Assembly (NCBI RefSeq): GCF_004010195.1
Contig: NC_057718.1
Coordinates: 50,439,380-50,503,379, forward strand
DNA length: 64,000 bases
Origin: Chiloscyllium plagiosum
Taxonomy: Eukaryota
Direction: 5' to 3'
Part shown: positions 25,677 to 38,004 of the stretch, piece by piece
Layout: each line of letters starts with the position of its first letter
How positions within the stretch are numbered: the stretch's first letter is position 1
Notes under the pieces: generated by a model
Database searches by the model: none
What the model was told of the DNA's origin: nothing
Seen by the model: the letters and a program-made list of their open reading frames with translations, nothing else
Made by a program: the position numbers and the translations under genes

Positions 25677-27916
25677 GTTATGTTGTGTATTGCAGTCCTA
25701 GTCCAGAAACTTAGTGCAGAATCTTACTCTCATTGGCTGTCTCATGAACTTGCTCTTCATGAAAGGCTCACCTTATCTTCCTCCAATCAGGTCTTCCTGT
25801 GAAATCAAGACATGAAGGGTGGAAGTCCCACTCAGTGACAGCTGGCAACCAATCAGAGACCAGCAAATCTCAAACTCACCAACCCCATCAAGGAGGCCTT
25901 AACTGTTGCTGGAAGAACAACTAAGGTTGTGAGAACTGAGAGGTTATTGAACTCTAAATATTAGCTCTGCTTTCTCTATAAATGCTGCCAGAGTTGCTGA
26001 GTTTCTCCAAGAACTTCTGGTTTTCATATCAGATTTTCAGATCCCCAGTTCTTTCTTTTATTTTTGTCTTTCACTGGTACTGTGTAAGTGTCTGATTAAT
26101 GCAATTGCCCTTTTGAAGCGTGTCACATCACTGTCAAGTACATTTCCTCAGAGATGAAATAAACTTACTCTGCCTGCTTTAGATGTAATAGCAGCCATTT
26201 TTCACTTCCACGGTGCACTTGCAATTCCAATGAGAATGTAAGGAAACAGCGATTGTGCTTCATGGAGTGAAGCTCAGCCTGTCAATGTAAGTAACCCCCC
26301 TGTAATCTTCATGTTGCTTTCTGTATTGTTCTCTCTGGCAGTCTATCCCCTGAGAGCCAGCAATATAGCTTAGTTTTGCCAAACCTTGTTCTCTATGCAT
26401 TATCCCCTCATATAAGCCAGAGTGATGGTGGCTATCAGTGACTTCCTAACCTGCAGAACACCATGCCCTCCCATGTAGTATTGTCACTTCCCTTCAAAAG
26501 GTAAAATGCATCTGTTCATAAGTAAAGTTCGCTCTACCGCATAGCATGCTGCCTCCAAACGCCATAGTTACCTTCTGAACTTGCCTACTATAGCAGTGGG
26601 CCCTGGTAACTTCTCTTGCCTTTCATGGACTAATCTCCACAACTGACTGTGACCCATCTCCCTGGTTAACTTGGAAAGACAAATTCAGCAGATGAGTAAC
26701 CAGACCATTGACTAATGTCAATGTAACTCCCCAACTGATTTACCACTAATCTCTGGCCTGATTGCACTGAACCTGCAGGACTCACCATGGTCCACTTTCG
26801 ACTGCAGAATCCCTGCCTGACTTTAAAGGCTCTAAACCTGAACATCCTAAGTAGTTGACTGAGCATGTCCAGGCTTTTCCACATTTATTGGATAATATCC
26901 TTGACTTCCTCAAGGTCATCGAGCTCCTTACAGATGACAGACTCTGTTGAGTTGTTTGAGTACTGCTTCCTTTAGATTTTGAGACATAGCCATTTGGCTG
27001 AAGCACATTGATAATCATTGCCATGTAAACTGTTGGAACAAGTTATAGGTGTTATACTAACATTTTATGGTGTGATATAGCAGCAAGTCCACTGACTTGA
27101 CTGTTGATTGCTGGTGAAGAGAAGCATCCTGGCTTTTTGTCTGTGCGAAAAGGCAAGGCAAGACAGAACAAGAGTGAGCCAGTAGGTTCTGACTGAGATG
27201 GCAATCAGCAAATAAACAGGGCAGACATGTTGCGAGCACCCAGGTAGGTGCAAAACGAGTGGGTGCTAAGAGAGCAAGCAAAGAACATAATATGCACCCT
27301 ATTCCAATGCAGGAGATGGATGACTTTCCCTGCATACAAAGTTACGGGGAAGCAGCTTTGCAAAGAAAAATGTCTGTGCACCCTGCAGTTCTGAAGTAGT
27401 GAACTATAGTATAAGTAAGGTGGAGTTGTGCCATGATGTCATCAGACTGCTTCATGTTTAATACCAATTTCTGACCAAGATGGAGGCCTGGAGGAGCAAA
27501 CAGTGGATTTGACTTGCCAGGTACATGCTTTGACTTTCATGTCATGAACTGTCACTCTCTTGTTTCTCGACAGTTGTGGTAAAATAGGAAACTGCATATA
27601 GAAAAGATCAATTTCTGGATGCAGCTGGAGAGGTCACGAGATCTCTATGGAGTAGCGGAACCTATCAGGGTATGTGAGTATACGGTTTTAATTTCTTTTA
27701 GTTCCGGTTTTTCTTCGGTTCCTGGGCGCAGTCAGAGAGGTCACATATGGTCGGTTGCTATACCTGAAACATTACTCTTGTAGTGTCTCCCACCAATCCT
27801 CCTCCTTGAACCAAAAAAAATAGTTCTGTGCATCAGTTCGTAAGGTGACAAGTCTTTTGTTTTGTGATTCATTTTTTTTTCCCTGGCAATCTATTTGCAC
27901 ATTTAGAATAGTGGGG

Positions 27917-28876
27917 ATGGAGATTAGGGCGGTTGAATGTTCCTCCTGCAGTATGTGGGAGGTAAAGGTTACCTCTAGTGATCCGGCTGACTTCATTTGT
28001 GGGAAGTGCATCCAACTCCAACTCTTCGGGAACCGTCTTAGGAAACGGGAGCTAGAACTGGATGAACTTTGGATCATTCAGGACGCAGGGGCGGGGGAGG
28101 GGGGCATTTATTGAGAGGAGTTACAGGAGGTGGTTACTCCACAGCCAAATGAAGAAGGTAGATGGGTTACCGTCAGGGTTGGAAAGGGAACCGGCACACA
28201 GTGCAAGGGATCTCCTGTGGTGGTTCAACAAGTATACCATTTTGGATGCTATTGAGGGGATGACTCACCAGGAGTAAGCAATGCGGCACAGGTCTCTGGT
28301 GCAGAGTCTGTTCCTGCTGCTCAGAGGGGAAGGGGGAAGAGGAGCAGAGCTTTAGTCATTGGGGACTCCATAGTTATGGAGACAGATAGGAGGTTTTATG
28401 GAGACGAGAGAGACTCATGCATGATTGGTGTGTTGCCTCCTAAGTGCCAGAGTTTATGATGTGTCTGATTGTATTTTTTGGAATCATTGATGGGGAGGGA
28501 GAGCAGTTCCAAGTCATGGTCCACATTGGCACCAATGACATAGGTAGGAAGAAAGGTAGGGATCTAAGGCAGAACTTCAGAGAGCTAGGATGGAAGCTTA
28601 CAGCTAGAACAAAAAGCATTGTTATTTCTGATTTGTTGCCCTTGCCATGTGCTAGCGAAGCGAGGAACAGGGAGACAGTGGAGCTGAACACGTGGCTGCA
28701 GGGATGATGCAGGAGGGAGGGTTTTGGATTCTTGGATAATTGGAGCTCTTTCTGGGGAAGGTGGGACCTCTATAAACAGGATGGACTTTACCTGAACTAG
28801 AGAGGGGGTAACAGTATCCTGGGGGGGGGGGGGGGAAGATTTGCTAATGCTCTTTGGGGGGGGGCGCTTGAACTAA
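27917..28876 (+). pseudogene. CR1 ORF1: Cys zinc-finger, coiled coil and SGNH esterase, disrupted
   Basis: ECSSCSMWEV..FICGKC, LRKRELELDEL, LVIGDSIV, HIGTNDI, DGL(Y)LN. Confidence 0.85.
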
Positions 28877-28989
28877 TGCAGCAGGGGAATGGGAACCTGA
28901 ATTGTAGTTCCAGTGTACAGGAGAATGAGGGTAGTGAGGTCAGGAATATGTTTACAAGGTCACAAGAGGGCACCGACAATCAAGATGTT

Positions 28990-31681
28990 GGTTTGAAATG
29001 TGTGTACTTCAATGCCAGGAGCATTTGGACTAAGGTGGGTGAACTTGCAGCATGGGTTGGTACCTGGGATTTTGATGTTGTGCCATTTCAGAGACATGGC
29101 TAGAGGATGGACAGGAATGGTTGTTGCAGATTCCAGGATTTAGATGTTTCAGCAAGAACAGAGAAGATGGTAAAAGAGGTGGGAGTATGGCATTGTTGAA
29201 CAAGGGTAGTATTATAGCAGCTGAGAGAACGTTTGAGTACTCATCCACTGAGGTAGTTTGGGCTGAGGTTAGAAACAGGAAAGGAGAGGTCACCCTGTCG
29301 TGGATTTTCGATAGGCTTCTGAATTGTTCCAGGGATGTGGAGGAAAGGATAGCAAAGATGATCGCGATAGGAGTGAGAGTAACAGGGCAGTTGTAATGGG
29401 GGTCTTTAACTTCCCCAGTATTGACTGGGAATACTATAGTTCAAATAGTTTAGATGGGTGAGTTTTTGTTCAATGTGTGCAGGAGGGTTTTCTGACACAG
29501 TATGTATTCAGGCTAACAAGGGGTGATGCCATATTGGATTTGATACTGGGGAATGAACCCGGCCAGGTGTCAGATTTGGTGTTAGGTAAGCACTTTGGCA
29601 ATAGTTACCATATTTCGGTTATGTTTACAACAGCAATGGGCAGGGATAGGTATATACCGCAGGGTCTAACTGAGGGAAAGAGGTCTAACTGGTGGAAAGG
29701 CAATTACGATACAATTAGGTAAGATTTAGGATGCATAGGATGGGGAAGGAAACTGCAAGGAATGGACACTCTTGAAATGTGGAGCTTATTCAAGGAACAG
29801 CTACTGGGGGTCCTTGATAAGTATATACCTATCAGACAGGGAAGTAGTTGTCGAGAGAGGGAACCATTGTTTACTAAAGAAGTTGAAGCTCTTGTCAAGA
29901 GGAAGAGGAAGGCTTATATGAGGATGAGGTGTGAATGCTCAATTAGGGGGCTTGAGAGTTCTAAGTTAACCAGAAAAGGTCTAAAGAGAGGGCTAAGAAG
30001 AGCCAGGAGGGTACATGAGAAGTTGTTAGCAGATAGGATCAAGGAAAACCCTAAGGCCTTGTATCAGTATATCAGGAACAAAAGAATGATGAAAGTAAGA
30101 TTAGGGCCAATCAAAGATAGTAGTGGAAAATTGTGTGTGGAATCTGAGAGCATGGGGAAGCGCTTAATGAATACTTTTTATCAGTGTTCACGTTAGAAAA
30201 GGGCAATGTTAATGAGAATATGGATGTACAGGCTACAAGATTAGATGGGATTGAAATTGACAAAGAAGAGGTTTTAGCAATCTTGGAAGATATGAAATTA
30301 GATAAGACCCTGGGGCTGGATGGGATTTATCCTCGGATTCTCTGGGAAGCCAGAGAGGAGATTGTAGAGCCTTTGGCTTCAATCTTTATGTCATCATTGT
30401 CGACAAGAAGACTGGAGGATAACAAATGTTGTTCCTTTGTTCAAGAAGAGGAGTCGGGACAATTCTGGTAATTATAGGCCAGTGATCCTTACTTCGGTTG
30501 TGGGTAGGGTGTTGGAAAATGTTATAAGAGACAGGATTTATAATCATCTGGAAAGGAATAATTTGATTAGGGATAGTCAACACGGTTTTGTGAAAGGTAG
30601 GTCTTGCCTCACTAAAGTGAGAAGATGACAAAACAGGTGGATGAAGGTAAGGCAGTTCATGTAAGGCATTTGATAAGGTTCTACATGGTAGGCTATGCAC
30701 AAAATAAAGAGTTTTGGGATTGAAAGAGATTTAGCAGTTTGGATCAGAAACTGGCTGGCTGAAAGAAGACAGAGGGTGGTGGTTGATGGGAAATGTTCAT
30801 CATGGAGCTCAGTTACCAGTGATGCATCTAGTTCAGGGCCACTACTGTTTGTCATTTTTATAAATCATCTGGAGGTGGGCGAGAAGGATGGGTTAGTAAA
30901 GTTGCAGATGACACTAAGGTAGGCAGAGTTGTGGATAATGATGAAAGATATTGTGGGTTACAGAGGGACATAGGTAAGATGCAGAGCTGGGCTGAGGATT
31001 GGCAAATGGAGTTTAATGTGGAACAGTATGAGATAGTTCACTTGGGAAGAAGTAACAGGAATGCAGAATATTGGGCTCATGGTAAAATTGTAGATGAACA
31101 GAGAGATTCCGGTGTCCAGGTGCATACATCCCTGAAAGTTGCCTTTCAGGTTGATAGGGTTGTTAAGAAGGCATGTGTAGGCATTTGTTGGTAGGGGGAT
31201 TGAATTTTGGAGCCATGAGGTCATGCTTCAGCTGTACAAGACACTGGTAAGGCCACACTTGGAGTATTACTTGCAGTTCTGGTCACTGTATTATAGGAAG
31301 GATGTGGAAGCTTTGGAAAGGTTTCAGAGGAGATTTACTAGGATGGTGCCTGGTATGAAAGGAAGGTCTTACGAGGAAAGGCGGAGGGAGCTGAGGCTGT
31401 TTTCATTGGAGAGAGGAAGGTTGAGAGGTGACTTATTCAAGACATATAAGATAATCACAGGGTTAAATAGAGTGGACAGTGAGGCTGATGAAGGCTAAAA
31501 CAATGGGACATAGCTTTAAATTGAGAGGTGATAGAGTTAGGACAGATATTGGGGTAGTTTCTTTACTCAGAGTGTAGTAGGAGCGTGGAACGGCTTGCCT
31601 GAAATAGTAGCAGACTTGCCTATGTTAAGGACATTTAAATGGGCATTGGACATACATATGAGTAATAATGGAACAGTGTAG
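28990..31681 (+). pseudogene. CR1 ORF2: APE endonuclease and reverse transcriptase, disrupted
   Basis: KCVYFNARSI, TRGDAILDLILGN, GNYRPVILTS, QHGFVKGRSCLT, GPLLFVIFIN, (F)ADDTK, LVRPHLEY. Confidence 0.92.
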
Positions 31682-33244
31682 GTTAGAAGGGCATCAGATT
31701 AATTTTGCAGTTTGGCATAACTTCATTGGCCGAAGGGCCTGTACAATGCTTGAATGTTCTATGTTCTATGTTCTAAGAATAGGTCATAATGAGATGTACT
31801 TGCATATAACTAGGCCTCTCACTACTCAATAGCAAGATTTTCACCTTGCCATTTAAGTCCTGGGTGTAAAATAAGACTCTCTTTCTCAATTCTTAGAATT
31901 TAATTTTTCTGATCTTTCCACATTTTCTCGACTGATTCAGCACTATCCATATCATTTGGGGACTGGGAAGATTAAGCTTGATATGTTTGAAAAGTTGTAA
32001 AAAAATGAAAAATATTGCAATTAACTTGCTATCACTTCTTCCTTTCCATATTCACTGATTTTGTTTTAATAATTGCATTGGAAATATTAAGCGTAGGTCT
32101 GAAAATAAACAGTGTTTCCCCTGGGTAGGTCATCAGTGATAAATCCAGTTTTACACAGGATCATCTTGTCTATTAGTGGAAAATTTTCATTCATAGACCA
32201 TGGTAATTTTTTTGATAACAATTTCTGTAGTATAATTACCATTAGTTCATATCTTCTGCTTTGAATGAATTACATCCATGAAGCATTAGCAGACAATGAT
32301 TAAAGTCCTAGCGAACTGAATTATGAGGAAGAAATCCTAACTATATTAGATACATTTCTAATTCTCTGCATTAAAGTTCACTATAGAAATAGACAAGAAC
32401 TTCTTTAAAACATTAATATTTTATAACCCCATGCTTGAGGTCAACAATGTTTTTGGTGAATGACAATTTCAAATTGGCTGAAAACAGTAGAAAGAGTTTC
32501 TGCAAGATGAAGATTATCCTTTTCAAGGAAATTACAAGCCAAGAACAAACTGCTTGGTATTGACAAAACTTCAGTGGCATCATTTGGTTCGAGCTAACAC
32601 CATTTTCACACTATTAGAAACATGTTCACTGACATTGCATTCGTCGCATCCAGATGTGGAATCACATTCTTTGAAAGCCATTGCATTACCTATAACTATG
32701 AAGGTCACGCAGCCATTGATTTCTACTTAAAAGATTCTTTTCAGTCATTAGGGAGCAATCATACTGACATTATGCAATTCTCAATGTTTAACCATATCCA
32801 GGAAGGTACAGATGGATTACTAACTTGGGCTTCCATAAATGCAAAGAATTCCATGTAACTATGGTGCAATTTTTAAATGAAATTGTATGATTTCTGTAAA
32901 TGCTGAAGGTGTCATACCTCTATGAAGATTATCACAGAACAAAGCAACTGCTAAACAGCAGAATTGCTACAATTTCCTAAATAGTTTAGTTGTCAAGTAA
33001 ACTGCAAAAATCAATGACAGACACTTCCAACTTTCCAGAGCTCACTTATAACTTTCATTTTGAGTCAGTCCATTACGCTCGTGCAAAAGACCAAAACAAC
33101 TCATCCTTCCAAAGTAGTTGTTCAAGTTTTCAGAGTAAGCCATGGTTCACAATGGTTCTATTTTGTTGCTTTCTAAGCAAATATGACAGCTAATTCTATA
33201 TAGCAAAGCCTCATTGTGATGAAAAGCCAGTCAAAATGTTTTTC

Positions 33245-33522
33245 TTCAGTCAGGTTGATTAATATCGAGCGGGAAAGTCGGATAATTTCCCCCACAGTTC
33301 CTCTTTGTGAAAAATGCAATCCAAAAATTTGCATCTACCTGAGTAGGCAGAATGGCCTCAGTTCACCACTTGCATGAAGGGTGATGTCTGATATCTCATA
33401 TAATTGAGAACCACTACAATATTGCATTAAAATGGCAGCCCAAATGGTATCCTGGAATGGGATCCACTCATTGGTGCATTCTCAATTATCAATATGCAAG
33501 CTGTCACTGAGCTGACTGACAC
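33245..33522 (-). mobile_element. Decayed DeuSINE relic
   Basis: catctacctgagtaggcagaatggcctcagttc resembles the reverse Deu core; tRNA-like head toward 33520. Confidence 0.45.
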
Positions 33523-35385
33523 AATCTTGTGAAGATTGATTTCTTTGATGCCTTATAACCTAAAATCTTGAATCATAACTGTAGATTTTCCAATTGCTTA
33601 TGCTCAATTGATGAGCATTCACAGTAAATTAATTCATCATGCTTTAAGGCTGGTTTATATGCAATTTCCTATTCTCTGCTGATGTGCTCCCAGTGCCCCA
33701 TTTAATATGGTTTGGAGTTCATCCATGCGATGTAAACTCTGCAGTATCAGGTTTCAACAGTGCACTAAACAACTGCTAATAATGCAATCTTTGATGGACA
33801 AGCTATCATGATCCCAATTGGAAAATATACCCCATGATGTCAATCAATGGTTCTCAAATATCTGCAAAGCATCTAAGCACTAAATGTACAAGGATGTGAT
33901 GATAGCTTTAACATTTATTATGCTGATCTGGTGAAATAGGGAAACTCCTTGTGGGAATCTATTTGAGAAGTGCAAAATATCAGTTCTATGTAATTGAACA
34001 GTACAATAACCTTAAGTGGCATCAGCCTTTTTGTGAACAATTTTAGTGATAGTGGGCACAGTCACAGCTTCCTATGGATGAAATAGTCTCACAAAGATCA
34101 AAGAAATGAGGAAAGCTTTAATGCAGGGACACTTAAAATTCTGAGAGCAGAGAAATACCAAGCTCCTGATAAAGAAAACTGTCAGAAATGTCATGCTGAC
34201 AGTTATCTTCAATATGAGAAACCATTCCGAAAGAAAATTCATATCATGTCTTCAACTTAAAAGTACAGAACATCAGCTACATTCAAAGTGTAAGATAAAC
34301 AATTTAATTCTTCACAAAGTACCCTGAAGGCTGCTCACCTTGTTTACATAAAAATGAGAAATGCAACCATTTTCACAAATATAGTTTATGCACGTAAGAA
34401 TTAATGTATGTTATAGCGCCCTTGTGAATACATTTATGTAAAATTCCCTTGTGCATGATTTAAATATGATTGTTAAACCATTTAAAATAAACAGGTTAAT
34501 GACTGCATTAAATTAGCTCATAAAATCATTTTATGTGAATTATTTAACCAGCAAGCAAATGGAGGAGACTAAACCCATTCTATTAAATACAGGAACATTG
34601 AAAGAAAGGACACCTTTAGAGAAAGATGGATACTTGGATATAGAGGAATTCAAACAATATTTATTGCAAAACCAAATTGACTGTTAGTTTGCCCCTCAGA
34701 ACTGAGAATTAAGAGAAAAAGAAGCATTTAATAAAATCAGTAAGGGAGAGAGAGAACTATCAGTCAAAGAACTGTTAAATGGAAATAGAGTGAAGCATCA
34801 AAGGAACAAAAGTTTTGTGAATGACTGAAAGTCAAAGATTCTTTCATAAAACAAAAGCAGCAAATGCAGGAAATTTAATAGGCTGGACATCTTTGTGGAG
34901 ATAGAAATAGGGTTAATCTTTCAGGTCAATTATCTTTGATCTCTTAATAAGAGCAGAAGCTATGGGAGCAGGAATAGATCAGGCGGTGTCTCGAGCCTGC
35001 TCCACCATTTATTATGATCCTGTTTGATCTTCTGCCTCAATTCCACTCTTCTGTTTTTTGATTCAAGACAATAGTACTATTGGACAAGTCAGATACCAGA
35101 GTGGCCTGACTTGATAGATAAGTTTAATTTTTGCATTTGGTTACCATGATCATTAGTTGCTTAAAATGTACACACAATGCTGCAAATGTTCAATAATAAA
35201 GGTTCACAAATGTATTACATACAAAAGCAAGATATACATATGTATGTAACATTTTAAAAAGATTTTAACATAAGCAGCAAAACAAAGATTCAACTAATTA
35301 CTAAGCAATATCTTCAATACTTATCACTTCTAGTCACTTTTTTAATTTTGTATTTAACTGACTCTGTCACTTCTCATTCTTGAAA

Positions 35386-36142
35386 TGCTATGACAGTTTT
35401 TTTTTACTTCTTTCCAAGTTTACTGGCATGAAACTATTTCAATCCTAATAGCTTAAACTGCTATTTAGCTCTGGAAACTTGAACAGTTGTATATGTGATG
35501 ATGATGCTCCTTTAACAAGGTTAAGATGTCCTTGTTTTTTTTCAGAGAAGTCCTAAAAGACACAGACTCCAAAAAGTCTAAGTTGAAGGGTTTTCGGGCC
35601 AGTTTAGGACAGCTAACAGATACTGCCTCAGGAAAAAGGCTTTCAAGTTTAAAACAAAACACTTGTACAATAAAAGGGGAGTAGCCAGTTGTCCCAGCTC
35701 AGCTTTACTCTGGTTCAATTTGGTTTTGGCAGCCTAGCTTTCCTCTGAAAGCAATCAGGCAGTTTTGAAACTACTGGATCCAAAGGGGTAGGTTCATGCT
35801 GGTACTGTCGCTCTCTGACTTCTCTCCTGTAAGACCCTGTGTTTGACTTTACCTTTTGTGCCAAGGAGTGTTTGTGGGGATTGTTGCAACTATTTGGAAC
35901 AGCATCGTTAAGTTGGGAGGATCTGTTGGGTTTTTGGATAGGTTAAGTTATTCTGTTCTCCTTTGTCTGCGTTTCATTCAGTAATCTTATAAATAAATTC
36001 TGTTTTGTTTAAAAATATGTGAGTTGACCAGCTACAACACTGCTGGAATATCCGTGTTACACCTACTTAAAACAACGAGCAAAGTCAGGGTCTAGGCTAC
36101 TTTCTCAAAAAGTTTTGAGGGGGTCTGGCCTGTTCCATAACA
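35386..36142 (+). mobile_element. Solo LTR
   Basis: TGCTATG...CATAACA short terminal inverted ends; AATAAA near 35992; related to 786-1414. Confidence 0.6.
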
Positions 36143-36231
36143 TATAAAAACTCTCACAGCTTGGAGGCTTAACAAACTAATCCTTCTATTAGTGTGAAAC
36201 TCTCTTCTGAACTGAAAATTTGATTTGTTTA

Positions 36232-37058
36232 AACTGAAGTTTAATTCAGATAAATGCGAGATGCTGCATTTTGGGAAAGCAAATCTTATTAGGATTTATA
36301 CACTTAATGGTAAGGTCTTAGGGAGTGTTGCTGAACAAAGAGACCTTGGAGTGCAGGTTCATAGCTCCTTGAAAGTATAATTGCAGGTAGATAGGATAGT
36401 GAAGAAGGCATTTGGTATGCTTTCCTTTACTGGTCAGAGTATTCAGTACAGACGTTGGGAGGTCATGTTGCAGCTGTACAGGACATTGGTTAGGCCACTG
36501 TTGGAATATTGCGTGCAATTCTGGTATCCTTCCAATCGGAAAGATTTTGCGAAACTTGAAAGGATTCAGAAAAAAATTACAAGGTTGTTGCCAGGGTTGA
36601 AGGATTTGAGCTATAAGGAGAGGCTGAACAGGCTGGGGCTGTTTTCTCTGGACTGTTGGAGGCTGAGGGGTGACCTTATAGAGTTTTATAAAATAATGAG
36701 GGGCAGGGATAGGATAAATACACTAAGTCTTTTCCCTGGGGTGGAGGAGTCCAGAACTAGAGGACATAGGTTTAGGGTGAGAGGAGAAAGATATAAAAGA
36801 GACCTGAGGGGCAACTCTTTCACATAGAGGGTCAAACGCGTATGGAATGAGCTGCCAGAGGAAGTGGTGGAGGCTGGTACAATTGCAACATTTAAAAGGC
36901 ATTTGGATGGGTATATGAATCGGAAAGGTTTGGAGGGATATGGGCCGGGTGCTGGCAGGTGGGACTAGATTGGGTTGGGATATCTGGTCGGCATGGACGG
37001 GTTGGACCGAAGCGTCTGTTTCCATGCTGTACATCTCTATGACTCTATGACTCTATGA
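36232..37058 (+). mobile_element. Young 5'-truncated CR1
   Basis: ORF 36381-36827 LYRTLVRPLLEYCVQFW..RLRGDLIE; (ATGACTCT)n tail. Confidence 0.92.
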
Positions 37059-37069
37059 ATGGATGACCC

Positions 37070-37330
37070 TTTAGAACTGGGATGAGGAGGAATTTCATTA
37101 GCCAGAGGGTAGATAATCTGTGGAACTCATTGCCACAGAAGGCTGTGGAGGCCAAGTCATTGAATGTATTTAAGACAAAAATAGATAATTTCTTGATTGG
37201 TAAGGGCATCAAGGATTATGGAGGGAAGGCAGGAGAATAAGGTTGAGAAACGTGTCAGCCATGATGGAATAGCAGAGCAAACTCAATGGGCCCCAAATGG
37301 TCCAATTATACACATTTTATGGTCTATGAT
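37070..37330 (+). mobile_element. CR1 3' end (different subfamily)
   Basis: RRNF.SQRV.NLWNSLPQ remnant and 3' UTR. Confidence 0.75.
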
Positions 37331-37334
37331 CTTC

Positions 37335-37793
37335 GGATCACCAATTCCAGCTGTTGGCAAGGAGGACTTTGCAGGGTCGACAGGGCTGTTTTTGTTATTG
37401 TTGTTTCTGGTGCCTAGGTCGATACCACGTGGCCTGTCTGGTTTCATTTCATTTTTGACACTTCATAGCAATTGGTACAACTGACTGGCATGCTAGGCCA
37501 TGTCAGAGGGCTGTTGAGATTCAACCATATTGCTGTGACTCTGGAGTCACTTGTCAGCCATACCAGGTTTGGATGGAAAATGTTCTTTTTGAAGGATATT
37601 AGTGAACTAAAATATTTCCCCAAAAAATGACAATTATTTCATGGTCTTCATTAGATTCCTAATTCCAGAATTTTTAAATGGAATTTAAATTCCATCTTCT
37701 GCTCTCGTGGGAGTCAAACCCAGGTCCCCAGAGCATGATCTGATATTCTGGATTAATAGTCTACCAATAATACCACTAGGCCATTGCCTCCCC
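37335..37793 (-). mobile_element. tRNA-derived SINE or LINE 5' region
   Basis: Minus-strand GGGAGGCAATGGCCTAGTGGTATT head with B-box-like GGTTTGACTCC. Confidence 0.6.
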
Positions 37794-38004
37794 ATGTGAC
37801 CCTGACATCACACAAACCAGTCACGATGGAGTTATATACTTGGCTCCTAATAGTCAACAATAATTATGAATAACTATTCAATATAATTTGTCTCTATTGC
37901 AATTGCACAATAAACAAAGTCTTGGAATCTGAATCAAGTGCCTCTTCTGGTTAAGACTCAGCAGTGGTCTGTCCTCGCCCATTACAAATTAAATAAACTC
38001 TTAG

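Larger units (their letters stand above)
27620..31775 (+). mobile_element. Near full-length CR1 (HER1-like) LINE
   Basis: 5' UTR, ORF1, ORF2 and (GTTCTAT)n 3' tail are collinear. Confidence 0.92.

Noticed and set aside
34087..34260. About 57-codon open frame containing CQKCH
   Set aside because: No start codon or convincing splice acceptor; length expected by chance
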